Both the position numbers and the translations under genes were made by a program. The notes under the pieces were generated by a model that was not told where the DNA came from, searched no databases, and saw only the letters and a list, made by a program, of their open reading frames with translations. This document shows positions 18,833 through 27,393 of a DNA stretch of 45,792 nucleotides, piece by piece (position 1 is the stretch's first letter; every line of letters starts with the position of its first letter). Location: positions 1 to 45,792 of the IMG/VR virus record IMGVR_UViG_3300045988_123020; one strand, given 5' to 3'. The stretch comes from a virus.

Positions 18833-20310
18833 TGGCTGGCAAAGCGTCTTTCTGGTTGGATGCCCCGAAGGCTGCGGATGCGGTGGTGTCGGGCGTGCCT
18901 GGCCGGGTTGTTGGTGCGGGCGAGAATGGGACGATCCGCGTGGAGGTTGGCGAGCCTGGGAATGTGGTGAATGTTCCGTCTGGTGGCGGCGTGTTCAAGC
19001 CGGGGTCGGATGTGCGCGTGCAGGTGGACGCGTCTGGCGCGCCGTCTGGCTTGCTGGATGCTGGTTCGTCGGTTGTGCAGGATGGGCTGGTGTATGCGGG
19101 CGCTGAGGGGCAGGAGGTGCGTAAGACTGGCGCGGCTGCGAAGGCTGCGTGGGAGAAGGCTGACGCGACTTACCGTGAACTGAGCGAGGCTCGTGAGCGG
19201 ACGGCGCAGGATTTGCAGTCACTACGTTCGACATTGCAGGGCGCGCAGGCTGATGTGAATAGGGCGCGTCTGATGTTTTCGTCGTCGGAGAAGGACCCGA
19301 GGTCGTATTTCCGCGAGCTGGGGGTGACGCCCCCGTTGGGCGCTGTGTATGAGCAGCGCGGAGTGGACGGGTTTGTTGAGTACAGGTTCCGGTGGGATGG
19401 CCGGAATTGGGTCCAGTTCGCTTTAACAACGTCGAGTATTCATGTCGAGTCGGATTTGTGGACTCGCGCGCTGCAGGTGGCTGGGGATGCGACGATCACG
19501 GGGAACTTGTTGGCTGGCGGGTCGATCACGGCGGACAAGCTGGTGGCGTCGAAGGAATTGTCTGCGAAGGTTGCGAAGTTTGAGGAGTCCGTGGTGTCGA
19601 AGTTGCGGGCTGAGAGGGCTGTGATTTCGGGCGACCTGATCGCGGATACTTTGGTGGGTAAGACTATCGAGGGCGGTCGCCTTATTGTCAAGACAGAGGG
19701 CGCGGATCGTAAGTATCTCTTACAGATTACGCCTACTCGGGAGACAGGGCATCCGGTTATTGCGTTTAATTCATTGGAGAATGGGGCGTACAAGCTTAAG
19801 ACCGTGATGGGCAGTGAGGGCATGCACGTATACTCGGGTGTGCCGAGTGAGCGCCCGTTGTTTATGTCGTGGCAGGATATGGGGGCCGCCCCCTATTACA
19901 GGTATTCTTCCGGAAAAACGTATTTGTCTATCCAGAAGGGTTCAACCTTGCGTGTCTCGTTGCGTGCAGATACGTCCTCGCGCGGCAAGGGTATTCGTCT
20001 TGTGGATAATACGTATTTGATTGCGCCTCGTGCGGGCCGTTACAAGTTGACGGGGTGGGCCGCCATTCACACGAACACATGGGATACCGTCGTGAAGGTG
20101 CAGTTGTTGCGTGGCGATGCGACTGAGGCGAATTGGGGCGACTTGTATGGCAACGCGATTTCGCCTTATGGGGAGTTGGCGACGCCGATGTTTAGTGGCC
20201 TTGTTGATGCGCAGGCTGGCGAGAAGTTTTCATTGGGCATTTTGTCGAATGGTAACGGGTCCATTGTGCGCGATTATCGCTTTGAGATGGAGTTTGTGTG
20301 CCCCTTGTGA
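18829..20310 (+). CDS. minor tail protein / tail fibre with coiled-coil segment (candidate receptor-binding protein)
   Basis: ATGA overlap with the upstream gene. The 493-aa product has a heptad-like region (KAAWEKADATYRELSEARERTAQDLQSLRSTLQGAQADVNRA) followed by a beta-rich C-terminus. Confidence 0.6.
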   Translation: MMAGKASFWLDAPKAADAVVSGVPGRVVGAGENGTIRVEVGEPGNVVNVPSGGGVFKPGSDVRVQVDASGAPSGLLDAGSSVVQDGLVYAGAEGQEVRKTGAAAKAAWEKADATYRELSEARERTAQDLQSLRSTLQGAQADVNRARLMFSSSEKDPRSYFRELGVTPPLGAVYEQRGVDGFVEYRFRWDGRNWVQFALTTSSIHVESDLWTRALQVAGDATITGNLLAGGSITADKLVASKELSAKVAKFEESVVSKLRAERAVISGDLIADTLVGKTIEGGRLIVKTEGADRKYLLQITPTRETGHPVIAFNSLENGAYKLKTVMGSEGMHVYSGVPSERPLFMSWQDMGAAPYYRYSSGKTYLSIQKGSTLRVSLRADTSSRGKGIRLVDNTYLIAPRAGRYKLTGWAAIHTNTWDTVVKVQLLRGDATEANWGDLYGNAISPYGELATPMFSGLVDAQAGEKFSLGILSNGNGSIVRDYRFEMEFVCPL

Positions 20311-20334
20311 TGGGGCGTCTTGTGGAGGTTGAGT

Positions 20335-20991
20335 GTGACTGAGAATAGTTTGAAGGGCGTTAAGTTGCCTGAGTACAATGAGCCTTTGTTGGCAGGTTTG
20401 GCGAAGGCTTTTAATAGTGCTGGCGTGATTCAGGTTGCGACGTCGGCCGCTAACGCTAAGGGCGCTATTGATGCGATGGCTGCTCATGGGGTTGCGCCGA
20501 CTGTTTCTAATCCGGCGTATTTGGATATTCTGGGTCAGTTGTATAAGGCTGACGGCTCGAAGGCTGGGGATGGGTCTTGGCTGTTGCGAGCGTTGAATGA
20601 GGTTGAGTTGGATTCGCAGACGTATAACGCGTCTGGCGCGTCGTATGATGTTGGGTCGGGACAGTTCTACAAGTATTATTCGGCTAATCTTCCGGTGCGC
20701 CCGTATCGTCGTATGGTGTTGTCGTTTGTGACTGGCTGGGCGAATACGACGGGCGATGTTGATTTGTATTTGTGGGTGAAGTCGTCGGGGACGGTTAGGT
20801 CGGCTTTCAATTCGGGTGGCGCGGATCAGCAGTCTAATGCGTTGTTCAATTTTGGGATCATTGACGCTAACGTTGCCCCGCAGGTTGAGTGGGGCATTTA
20901 TGGTCGCGGCCCTAAGGGTGGTTCTGCGACGTTTACGAAGGATGGTTCGTATAACCGTTTCATGACGGTTGCGTTCCCAATTAGCATGTGA
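20335..20991 (+). CDS. minor tail protein (function unknown)
   Basis: RBS GGAGG precedes GTG 20335. It lies within the tail fibre block and has a Gly/Ser/Asn-rich beta-type composition. Confidence 0.5.
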   Translation: MTENSLKGVKLPEYNEPLLAGLAKAFNSAGVIQVATSAANAKGAIDAMAAHGVAPTVSNPAYLDILGQLYKADGSKAGDGSWLLRALNEVELDSQTYNASGASYDVGSGQFYKYYSANLPVRPYRRMVLSFVTGWANTTGDVDLYLWVKSSGTVRSAFNSGGADQQSNALFNFGIIDANVAPQVEWGIYGRGPKGGSATFTKDGSYNRFMTVAFPISM

Positions 20992-21001
20992 GTGGGGGTG
21001 A

Positions 21002-21505
21002 GTGCGTGTGGCTATTTTGTCTGATGTGACGTTGCAGGGTTTGTCGGATGGCGAGCTGAATGGTTTGTATCAGGATGTGATGGTGGAGTTTGCTCGCCGT
21101 GACGCGTTGAAGGCGTCGCGTGAGGCGGCGGTGAAGGCGGCGCAGGATTTCGCTGAGGCGGTGAAGGATGAGCCTGCGAAGGATGTGTCGAAGTTGGATT
21201 TGTCTGCGACGGTTGGTCCTGGTGAGCGCGTTCTGGTTGATGGTGATGCGTGGAAGAATGTGTCGGGCCAGTGGTTGTCGCCGTTTGCGCAGGGGCCGAA
21301 GGATTTTTGGCGCGGCTGGATGAAGTGTGATTCTGACGGCAAGGTTTTTGTTGGCGAGCATAAGCCGTGGGCTGCTGGCATGCACATTGGTGAGGGGGAT
21401 CAGTGTCAGCATGTGGGGCGCGTGTGGCGTTGTTTGCAGGAGCATGATTCGACGGTGGAGCTTGCGCCGGATCAGGCCACGGCGTTGTGGCAGGTTATTG
21501 ACTGA
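21002..21505 (+). CDS. hypothetical protein with CBM5/12-like (chitin-binding-type) C-terminus
   Basis: The C-terminal PWAAGMHIGEGDQCQHVGRVWRCLQEHDSTVELAPDQATALWQVI fits the W..G..Y..GD.V...G..Y.C...H.S.....P.....LW pattern of carbohydrate-binding module 5/12. It sits between the fibre and lysis genes. Confidence 0.5.
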   Translation: MRVAILSDVTLQGLSDGELNGLYQDVMVEFARRDALKASREAAVKAAQDFAEAVKDEPAKDVSKLDLSATVGPGERVLVDGDAWKNVSGQWLSPFAQGPKDFWRGWMKCDSDGKVFVGEHKPWAAGMHIGEGDQCQHVGRVWRCLQEHDSTVELAPDQATALWQVID

Positions 21506-21522
21506 CTTTTTGGGGGGTTGTT

Positions 21523-22548
21523 GTGGATTACGTTAATTTGAGTGCGGATTACGATATTTGGTCGAGCAATTTCACGCAGGGGCGCGGTGGTTATGCGTTG
21601 AAGTATGTGGTGTTGCATCATAATGCGGGTGTGCGCATGAGTCACCAGGGCGTGTATGGCGCGTTTGTTTCTAATGGGACGTCGGCGCATTATAATGTGG
21701 ATGCGGATGGGTCTGTGTGTCAGTATGTGCATGATTCGGATACGGCTTATCATGCGGGTAATTGGGCTGCTAATTGCCAGGCTATCGGCATTGAGCATGC
21801 GAATATTGGTGGCCCGTCTACGGGTTGGGCTATTTCGGATGAGACGGTTGAGTCTGGCGCGCATTTGACGGCTGCTATTTGTGCGGCGTATGGGCTGGGG
21901 CGTCCGGCGTGGCGTGTGAACGTGTTCCCGCATAGCGATTTCTTTAGCACGGCTTGTCCTGCGGCTTTGCGCGATGAGCTGGCCGACGCGTACATGTCTC
22001 GCGCCCAGTATTGGTACGACCATTTGGGTGAGGCGGAAGGCCCTGGCTGGGTGAAGGAAGGTAATGGCTGGTGGTATCGCAAGGATGATGGCTCGTGGGA
22101 GACGGGCTGGTTCCAGGTCAATGGCCAGTGGTTCCTTGCGGATGAGAAGGGCTGGCTCAAGTCCGGTTGGGTGATCGAGGACGGTACCTGGTATTACTTG
22201 CATCCCACGCATGACACGAAGTTTGGTGTGATGGAGACTGGCTGGGTCAAGGATGGGGAGAACTGGTTCTATCTTGGCGATGACGGCAAGATGCGTACCG
22301 GCTGGCAGCAGGTGAAGGACAAGTGGTACTTCCTTGAGCCTAACGGCGTGATGCGTACTGGGTGGCTGTCTGATGGCGGTCGCCATTACTTTATGGACGA
22401 TCAGGGCGTGATGTGTACGGGTGTTGTTCGCACTCGCCTTGATGGTGCTTGTAGCGTGTTCGATGATCAGGGGCGTCTGGTTGTCGGGCGCGTTGTGTTG
22501 GAGCAGGACGCGCAGGGTGTCTTGCAGGTTGTGAAGGAGGTAGCGTGA
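21523..22548 (+). CDS. endolysin: N-acetylmuramoyl-L-alanine amidase (amidase_2/PGRP) with C-terminal CW_binding_1 repeats
   Basis: The N-terminus YVVLHHNAG...SAHYNVDADGSVCQYVHDSDTAYHAGNWAANCQAIGIEHAN...HSDFFSTACP carries the Zn ligands. The C-terminus has at least 6 tandem ~20-aa GW/YF repeats (GWVKEGNGWWYRKDDGSWETGWFQVNGQWFLADEKGWLKSGW...). Confidence 0.9.
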   Translation: MDYVNLSADYDIWSSNFTQGRGGYALKYVVLHHNAGVRMSHQGVYGAFVSNGTSAHYNVDADGSVCQYVHDSDTAYHAGNWAANCQAIGIEHANIGGPSTGWAISDETVESGAHLTAAICAAYGLGRPAWRVNVFPHSDFFSTACPAALRDELADAYMSRAQYWYDHLGEAEGPGWVKEGNGWWYRKDDGSWETGWFQVNGQWFLADEKGWLKSGWVIEDGTWYYLHPTHDTKFGVMETGWVKDGENWFYLGDDGKMRTGWQQVKDKWYFLEPNGVMRTGWLSDGGRHYFMDDQGVMCTGVVRTRLDGACSVFDDQGRLVVGRVVLEQDAQGVLQVVKEVA

Positions 22549-22820
22549 TGAATGGTTTGTCCTCGCAGACGGTGTTTCCGTGGCGTGCGGTTGCTCGCAC
22601 GGTGTTTCAGGTTGCGGTTGCGTTGGCGGCGTTGTTGCCGTTGGTGTTTGCGCAGGCTGGCGTGTCGGCGGCTGAGGCGTCTGGTTGGGCTGCAGTGGTG
22701 TTGGGCGTGTGCGCGACGGTGACTAGGGTGATGGCGATGCCTGAGGTTGAGGCGTTCCTGCGAGTGTGGTTGCCGTGGTTGGCGGCGCATGGCCCGGAGG
22801 TTGATGCTGGGGAGGGCTGA
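22545..22820 (+). CDS. holin
   Basis: ATGA overlap with the endolysin gene. The 91-aa product has two hydrophobic helices (VFQVAVALAALLPLVFAQAG; GWAAVVLGVCATVTRVMA). Confidence 0.75.
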   Translation: MMNGLSSQTVFPWRAVARTVFQVAVALAALLPLVFAQAGVSAAEASGWAAVVLGVCATVTRVMAMPEVEAFLRVWLPWLAAHGPEVDAGEG

Positions 22821-23152
22821 TGGTTATCGAGTTGTTGGCGCAGCCTGCGTTGTGGGCGGCGCTTGGTGGTCTTGGCGGCGTTCTGGTGACGTTGGTGACG
22901 AAGCGCGCGGATCACAATCTTGATGCCTTGAAGGTTCTCGTGGACAGGCTTGAGCATGAGGTTGACGGTCTGTCGCAGCGTGTCGCGTCGCTTGAGGTGG
23001 AGCGCGACACGTTGGGTCGCCGGTTGCGTGCGACGTTGGATTGGGCACACAAAGTGTGGCGTTGGGGTCACATGTTGGTGGAGCTACTTCCTGATGGGGT
23101 GGAGGCTCCTCCTGTGCCTGAGGTTCCGCACGCGTTGGAGGATGAGTTTTAG
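22820..23152 (+). CDS. lysis-associated membrane protein (N-terminal TM helix plus coiled coil)
   Basis: ATGA-type overlap with the holin gene. It has a TM segment ALWAALGGLGGVLVTLV followed by a heptad-rich helix (LKVLVDRLEHEVDGLSQRVASLEVERDTL). Confidence 0.6.
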   Translation: MVIELLAQPALWAALGGLGGVLVTLVTKRADHNLDALKVLVDRLEHEVDGLSQRVASLEVERDTLGRRLRATLDWAHKVWRWGHMLVELLPDGVEAPPVPEVPHALEDEF

Positions 23153-23162
23153 TTCTCCCGCT

Positions 23163-23222
23163 GGGGGCGTGGCTGGGGGTTTCCTGGTTGCGCCCCCGCT
23201 TGTGTGTGGTGTTTGTTTTTTG
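23163..23222 (+). terminator. intrinsic terminator ending the late operon
   Basis: Stem GGGGGCG (23163-69) pairs with CGCCCCC (23191-97) and is followed by a T-rich tail TTGTGTGTGGTGTTTGTTTTTT. Confidence 0.55.
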
Positions 23223-23236
23223 GAGTGTGATGTGTT

Positions 23237-23494
23237 GTGGCGGCAAGGTTGAGTGAGCTACACGGGGCTGCAGGGGGGTCTGTGCGGCCCGTGGAGCGGC
23301 GTTTGTGCAAGGTGGGCGCGTTTATTCGTTCGCTGGATTCTGAGGATGCTGAGTGGCTTTCTGGGGCGTTGGATGACCCTAGCGAGTCGTCGGCTGGTTT
23401 GCGTCGGACGTTGCGTGCGGCTGGTTTTGAGGTAGCTCGGTCGAGTTTGTCGGCGCATCGCAGGGGGGAGTGTTGTTGTTATGGGGTCGCTTAA
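23237..23494 (+). CDS. small HTH DNA-binding protein
   Basis: CKVGAFIRSLDSEDAEWLSGAL...SAGLRRTLRAAGFEVARSSLSAHRRGECCC matches the widespread actinophage small HTH protein pattern (C.v..fl..l......l..al.....s...i...L...G..vs...v.rHRrg.C.C). Confidence 0.65.
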   Translation: MAARLSELHGAAGGSVRPVERRLCKVGAFIRSLDSEDAEWLSGALDDPSESSAGLRRTLRAAGFEVARSSLSAHRRGECCCYGVA

Positions 23495-24302
23495 GAATGT
23501 GCATGAGCGCGTGAATGCGCCGGTTGCAGCGTCGGGCGCGAAGGTTGACGCGGGTAATGGTGCTCGCATTTTGACGTTGGATATTGAGTGCAGTCCGACG
23601 GTTGCTCACGTGTGGGGTTTGTGGGATCAGAACGTGGGGTTGCCTCAGATTGTTGAAGATGGTCGGATGATTTGTTTCGCCGCGAAGTGGTACGGCGAGT
23701 CGCAGACGATGTTCTGGTCCGACGAGAAGGACGGGCATGAGGCGATGGTTGAGGCGGCGTGGCGGCTGCTTGATGAGTGTGACGTCCTGGTGTCGTTCAA
23801 CGGCGTGAAGTATGACGTGAAGCATCTGCACCGTGAGTTTGTGCTGGCTGGGCTGGGTAAGCCTCGCCCGTACAGGAATGTTGACCTGTTGCCGGTGGTG
23901 CGCCGGGAGTTTAAGTTCCCGTCGAACAAGCTGGATTACGTGGCGTCTCGTCTTGGCTTGGGGCATAAGGTTGCGCACGAGGGGCATGCGCTATGGGTCG
24001 CTTGTATGGAAGGTGATCGTGATGCGTGGATGCGGATGGAGACGTATAACCGTGGCGACGTCGAGTTGACTGAGGCGTTGTTCGACAGGTTGCGTCCGTG
24101 GTTGTCGTCGGCTGTGCATTTGGGTGTGTGGACCCAGGGTGAGGGATTGTCGTGCCCGTCGTGTGGCGGCACTGAGTACGAGGAGTGCGGTGAGGCGGTT
24201 ACTGCTGTGAGCGTGTTTGAGTGTTTCCGTTGCTCCTCGTGTGGTGGCGTGTTCCGTGGGGCGCGTGCTGTGCGGCGTGTGTTGTCTCGCCGCGTGGCTT
24301 AA
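23481..24302 (+). CDS. DnaQ/PolB-type 3'-5' exonuclease (RNase H-like fold) with C-terminal zinc ribbon
   Basis: ILTLDIECSP (Exo I D-x-E), VSFNGVKYDVKHL (Exo II) and NKLDYVASRLGLG are present. The C-terminus has CPSCGG...CSSCGG. Confidence 0.75.
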   Translation: MGSLKNVHERVNAPVAASGAKVDAGNGARILTLDIECSPTVAHVWGLWDQNVGLPQIVEDGRMICFAAKWYGESQTMFWSDEKDGHEAMVEAAWRLLDECDVLVSFNGVKYDVKHLHREFVLAGLGKPRPYRNVDLLPVVRREFKFPSNKLDYVASRLGLGHKVAHEGHALWVACMEGDRDAWMRMETYNRGDVELTEALFDRLRPWLSSAVHLGVWTQGEGLSCPSCGGTEYEECGEAVTAVSVFECFRCSSCGGVFRGARAVRRVLSRRVA

Positions 24303-24315
24303 CGCGCGGTAGGTT

Positions 24316-24360
24316 GGCGGGGGCGTAGCCTGTTTGGGTTGCGCTCCCGCCGTTTTCTTT
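24316..24360 (+). terminator. intrinsic terminator
   Basis: Stem GGCGGGGGCG pairs with CGCTCCCGCC (one G:U) and is followed by GTTTTCTTT. Confidence 0.6.
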
Positions 24361-24404
24361 ATGTTCTGCTTATCGTGTGACAAGGGTCATGTGGGGGTGG
24401 GGTG

Positions 24405-24432
24405 TTGCGTTAGGCTTGCGATATGGTAATGT
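24405..24432 (+). promoter_or_regulatory. candidate promoter (-35 TTGCGT, 16-nt spacer, -10 TAATGT) for the 24481 gene
   Basis: Hexamers were read directly from the sequence. The site lies between a terminator and the next ORF. A second TTGCGA follows 11 nt after the first TTGCGT. Confidence 0.35.
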
Positions 24433-24480
24433 TTGGCATGCGACAGTTGTTACCAACAATTTTTCAGGGAGTAATGCAAG

Positions 24481-24984
24481 ATGTCGCGGCCAACCAAGAT
24501 CGTGGACGAGGATGAGGCTCGTCGCCTACTGCTTGACGAGGGGTGGACTTACCCTCAGATGGTGGACCTGTACCGGGAGAAGTATGGGGTGGAGACTTCC
24601 ATTACCATGTGGAGCCGGTTCGTTAAGCGTTCTGGGGGTCGTCGCGTGGGCGAGCGCTTTCCGCTTGCTACGCCGTGGGTGATGCGCGCGAAGGAACCGC
24701 GCAACTCGCATTACCGCGCAGGACTGCGCGCTTTGGCTGCTATTGAGCAGGGGGTGCCGGTGGCTGATGATGGGCGTCAGCGTGCGGCGCAGCTACGTCG
24801 CGCGCTTGGTACGGACCTGGTGGTTGATTACGACCAGGACACGGATGCGATGGTGCTTGTCCCTCGCCGTGAGGGCGTGGATAAGTGGTGGATTCGTGAC
24901 CCGTTCCTGGATGATGAGGGTAATCCTGTGGCGGATTTTTCTCGCGTGAGTGCGGCGGCTGTGGGCGCGTATTTCGGCTTGTAG
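24481..24984 (+). CDS. hypothetical DNA-binding protein (N-terminal HTH-like), terminator-insulated single-gene unit
   Basis: RBS AGGGAG. The N-terminus DEDEARRLLLDEGWTYPQMVDLYREKYGVETSITMWSRFVKR resembles a three-helix HTH. Terminators flank it at 24316 and 25007. Confidence 0.55.
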   Translation: MSRPTKIVDEDEARRLLLDEGWTYPQMVDLYREKYGVETSITMWSRFVKRSGGRRVGERFPLATPWVMRAKEPRNSHYRAGLRALAAIEQGVPVADDGRQRAAQLRRALGTDLVVDYDQDTDAMVLVPRREGVDKWWIRDPFLDDEGNPVADFSRVSAAAVGAYFGL

Positions 24985-25006
24985 ATGCTGGTTTGAGCTT
25001 CCATTG

Positions 25007-25042
25007 CGGGGGTCGTGACGTAAGTCATGGCCCCCGTTTTTT
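25007..25042 (+). terminator. strong intrinsic terminator
   Basis: A 13-bp stem CGGGGGTCGTGAC-GTAA-GTCATGGCCCCCG (two G:U pairs) is followed by TTTTTTG. Confidence 0.8.
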
Positions 25043-25145
25043 GTGTTTCGAGTTGCGCTAGGTGTCGGGCTTGCGTTACGCTTGCGTTTGTTCGACCAAC
25101 ACAGGCGAACACTCACACACTTTCCACAGAAGGGAGAAGGCTCGC

Positions 25146-26048
25146 ATGGACGAGAAGCGGACCATTCGCAGGCTGTCGTATTCCAGCGCAGCGCAGTACA
25201 GTGATTGTGCTGAGCGTTGGCGACTGTCCCGCGTGTACGGTCTGGATAAGGCAACGTACTGGGTGACGTTGATGGGTACGGCGGTGCATGAGGTGACTGA
25301 GGCGCGTGACCTTGATGAGGTTGGCCTCGCTACGGATAAGCATGCGCCGCTGCTGGACGAGGATGTGGCGAAGGCGTTCACGTTCGCGTTCGACCGGGAG
25401 AAGGCCCGCCGACTGGAAGCTGGCACGACGATCAACGCATCCGGTCGTGTTCTCAAGACTGGTCTTGGTAAGGGCGGTGGCCCGAACAAGAAGGACGAGG
25501 AGTGGGCCAGGCATTACGGGCCGATCATGGTTCAGAATTGGCTGGACTGGCGTAAGGCGAACAACTACAAGATCGCCTTGTTCGACGCGGCGGATGGGAA
25601 GATGGTCCCCGGCATTGAGCTGAAGGTGTCGCACCCTCTGGGCGGCTACCCGTATGTCGGATACATTGACCGGATTCTCGTTGATGGGAATGGCGAGCTG
25701 CTTGTGGTGGACCTCAAGACGGGCAACCCCCCGCAGTCTACGACCCAGTTGAAGGCTTATGCGGCGCAGTTGCGTGCTGCTGGCGTGCCGGTGGCGAAGG
25801 CCGCGTACTGGATGGGCATGGATGGCGACGTCCTGGAATGGGTCACGATGACAACGCGGAACGACGCTTACGTTGAGACGTGGCTGAATAACGTGGGGCG
25901 CGGTTTGGAGGCGGGGATTTTCCCTGCGTCGCCGGGCATGATGTGTAAGGCGTGCCCCGTCCGAGAGTACTGCTCTGCGGTTGGCGGGGAACGTAGCGGC
26001 GAGGTTCCGCCGATTACTGGCCCTGTCGAGTTTTTGGAGGTGGCGTGA
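25146..26048 (+). CDS. Cas4/RecB-family PD-(D/E)xK exonuclease with 4-Cys cluster
   Basis: GYIDRILVDGNGELLVVDLKTG (D...D-x-K) and QLKAYAAQL (QxxxY) are present. There is one N-terminal Cys (YSDCAERW) plus C-terminal CKACPVREYC. RBS GAAGGGAGAAGG precedes ATG 25146. Confidence 0.8.
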   Translation: MDEKRTIRRLSYSSAAQYSDCAERWRLSRVYGLDKATYWVTLMGTAVHEVTEARDLDEVGLATDKHAPLLDEDVAKAFTFAFDREKARRLEAGTTINASGRVLKTGLGKGGGPNKKDEEWARHYGPIMVQNWLDWRKANNYKIALFDAADGKMVPGIELKVSHPLGGYPYVGYIDRILVDGNGELLVVDLKTGNPPQSTTQLKAYAAQLRAAGVPVAKAAYWMGMDGDVLEWVTMTTRNDAYVETWLNNVGRGLEAGIFPASPGMMCKACPVREYCSAVGGERSGEVPPITGPVEFLEVA

Positions 26049-26599
26049 TGACTGTCCCGGAGATGTCCCCGTGGCGGGATGATGTGGGTCGTGCGACGGC
26101 CCTGGCCGTGGATACGCCTGCCGAGGTGACGGTGACGATGAAGGCTGGGGGCGGGTATGACGCTCCGTGGATGGTTTTCCGAGGGAGCGTGGCGTCGGTT
26201 GAGCGTGCCCTTGAGGACGCGTTTGGCTGGCAGAACTGGGATCACGAGAAGGTGCCCATGTCTGACGCGGTCCTGTCTCTGGCGAAGGCCCTGAATGGCA
26301 AGTGGAACGTGGTTGACCAGCTCGCGGCTCGCGTGATCGTGGACGACGTGCCCGTGGACCTGGGTCTGCATGAGGGGGACGCGGATCGTCCGAAGGCCCC
26401 CACAGCGGACCCGCTGGATGGCCTCTCGGATAACGAGAAGAACATTTACAACCTGGTTGCTGACGCGCAGGATGTGCCGACGTTGCAGGAGTTGTGGCGT
26501 CGCTACGGTACGGCGATGAATAACCAGCCGGTCCTGGTGGAGGCGTGGAAGGCCAAGGGGCGCGAGCTCGCGGCTGCGTCGAAGAAGAAGGGGGCGTGA
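26045..26599 (+). CDS. hypothetical protein (recombination module neighbour)
   Basis: ATGA overlap with the nuclease gene. Protein-like composition, with no motif I can name. Confidence 0.5.
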   Translation: MMTVPEMSPWRDDVGRATALAVDTPAEVTVTMKAGGGYDAPWMVFRGSVASVERALEDAFGWQNWDHEKVPMSDAVLSLAKALNGKWNVVDQLAARVIVDDVPVDLGLHEGDADRPKAPTADPLDGLSDNEKNIYNLVADAQDVPTLQELWRRYGTAMNNQPVLVEAWKAKGRELAAASKKKGA

Positions 26600-26778
26600 C
26601 GGCGGTGGCTTACGATGAGCTGACTGAGCACTGGGTTGCGCTTCCGGTGGAGTTTCCTCTGAGTGTGGAGGGATTGTATGACCTTGCTATGGCATTGCCG
26701 GATGGTAGTGAGGTGATGGTCGAGGCGGACGCGTGGCGGCGCGTCCAGCTGAAGGCTCGCATGAATCCTCGCGGCTAG
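26596..26778 (+). CDS. hypothetical small protein
   Basis: GTGA overlap with the upstream gene (ORF open from 26545). About 60 aa and acidic. Confidence 0.45.
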   Translation: MTAVAYDELTEHWVALPVEFPLSVEGLYDLAMALPDGSEVMVEADAWRRVQLKARMNPRG

Positions 26779-26914
26779 TCTGCGAGGCCGTTAGGCGCGT
26801 TTCTAACACGGTTAGTTGCGCTGATTTGCGCCCCTGTCTGGGGGTTGCACAGAACAAGAACAAGAAAACATGAGCACCCCGAAATGCGGGGTGAGAACAC
26901 TAGGAGAACACATT

Positions 26915-27385
26915 ATGCAGCGTGTCGTCAAGATGCCGAATACCTCGTCCTACTTCCGTACCAAGGATGTGGAGAATGCCCGCGCCATCCTCGTCGTCCC
27001 TCACAAGGTGAGTTTCGACGTCCCCACGAACTTTAATGGCATGGCGGGTACTCGCCACGAGGTTGAGATGGACGCGTGGGTGTTCCACACTCAGTCCGAC
27101 GTGGAGAATGGTACGCCCGAGGAAATGCTGGGCGTGATTTGGGGCGCGAACAAGGGCATTGCCCGCGCTCTCAACGGTCAGATTGGTAACCTGGTTGGCC
27201 CGTTCCGTATCGTGAAGGAATCGCAGAACGGTAAGTCGTTCTGGACGACCGTGGACCTGGGCGAGGGGGAACCCGCGTGGAAGCCGGTCAATGACTTTGC
27301 AGATGCCCTGTGCGCGAAGATGAGCGCCACTCCGGACGCGCCCTCGTTCAACGATGAGCCGCTGATGCCGGATTTCGGGGCCTGA
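26915..27385 (+). CDS. hypothetical protein with acidic C-terminal tip (possible ssDNA-binding role, speculative)
   Basis: RBS AGGAGAA precedes ATG 26915. It ends ...PSFNDEPLMPDFGA, reminiscent of SSB acidic tails. It lies upstream of the helicase-like ATPase. Confidence 0.45.
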   Translation: MQRVVKMPNTSSYFRTKDVENARAILVVPHKVSFDVPTNFNGMAGTRHEVEMDAWVFHTQSDVENGTPEEMLGVIWGANKGIARALNGQIGNLVGPFRIVKESQNGKSFWTTVDLGEGEPAWKPVNDFADALCAKMSATPDAPSFNDEPLMPDFGA

Positions 27386-27393
27386 CCTAGCCA

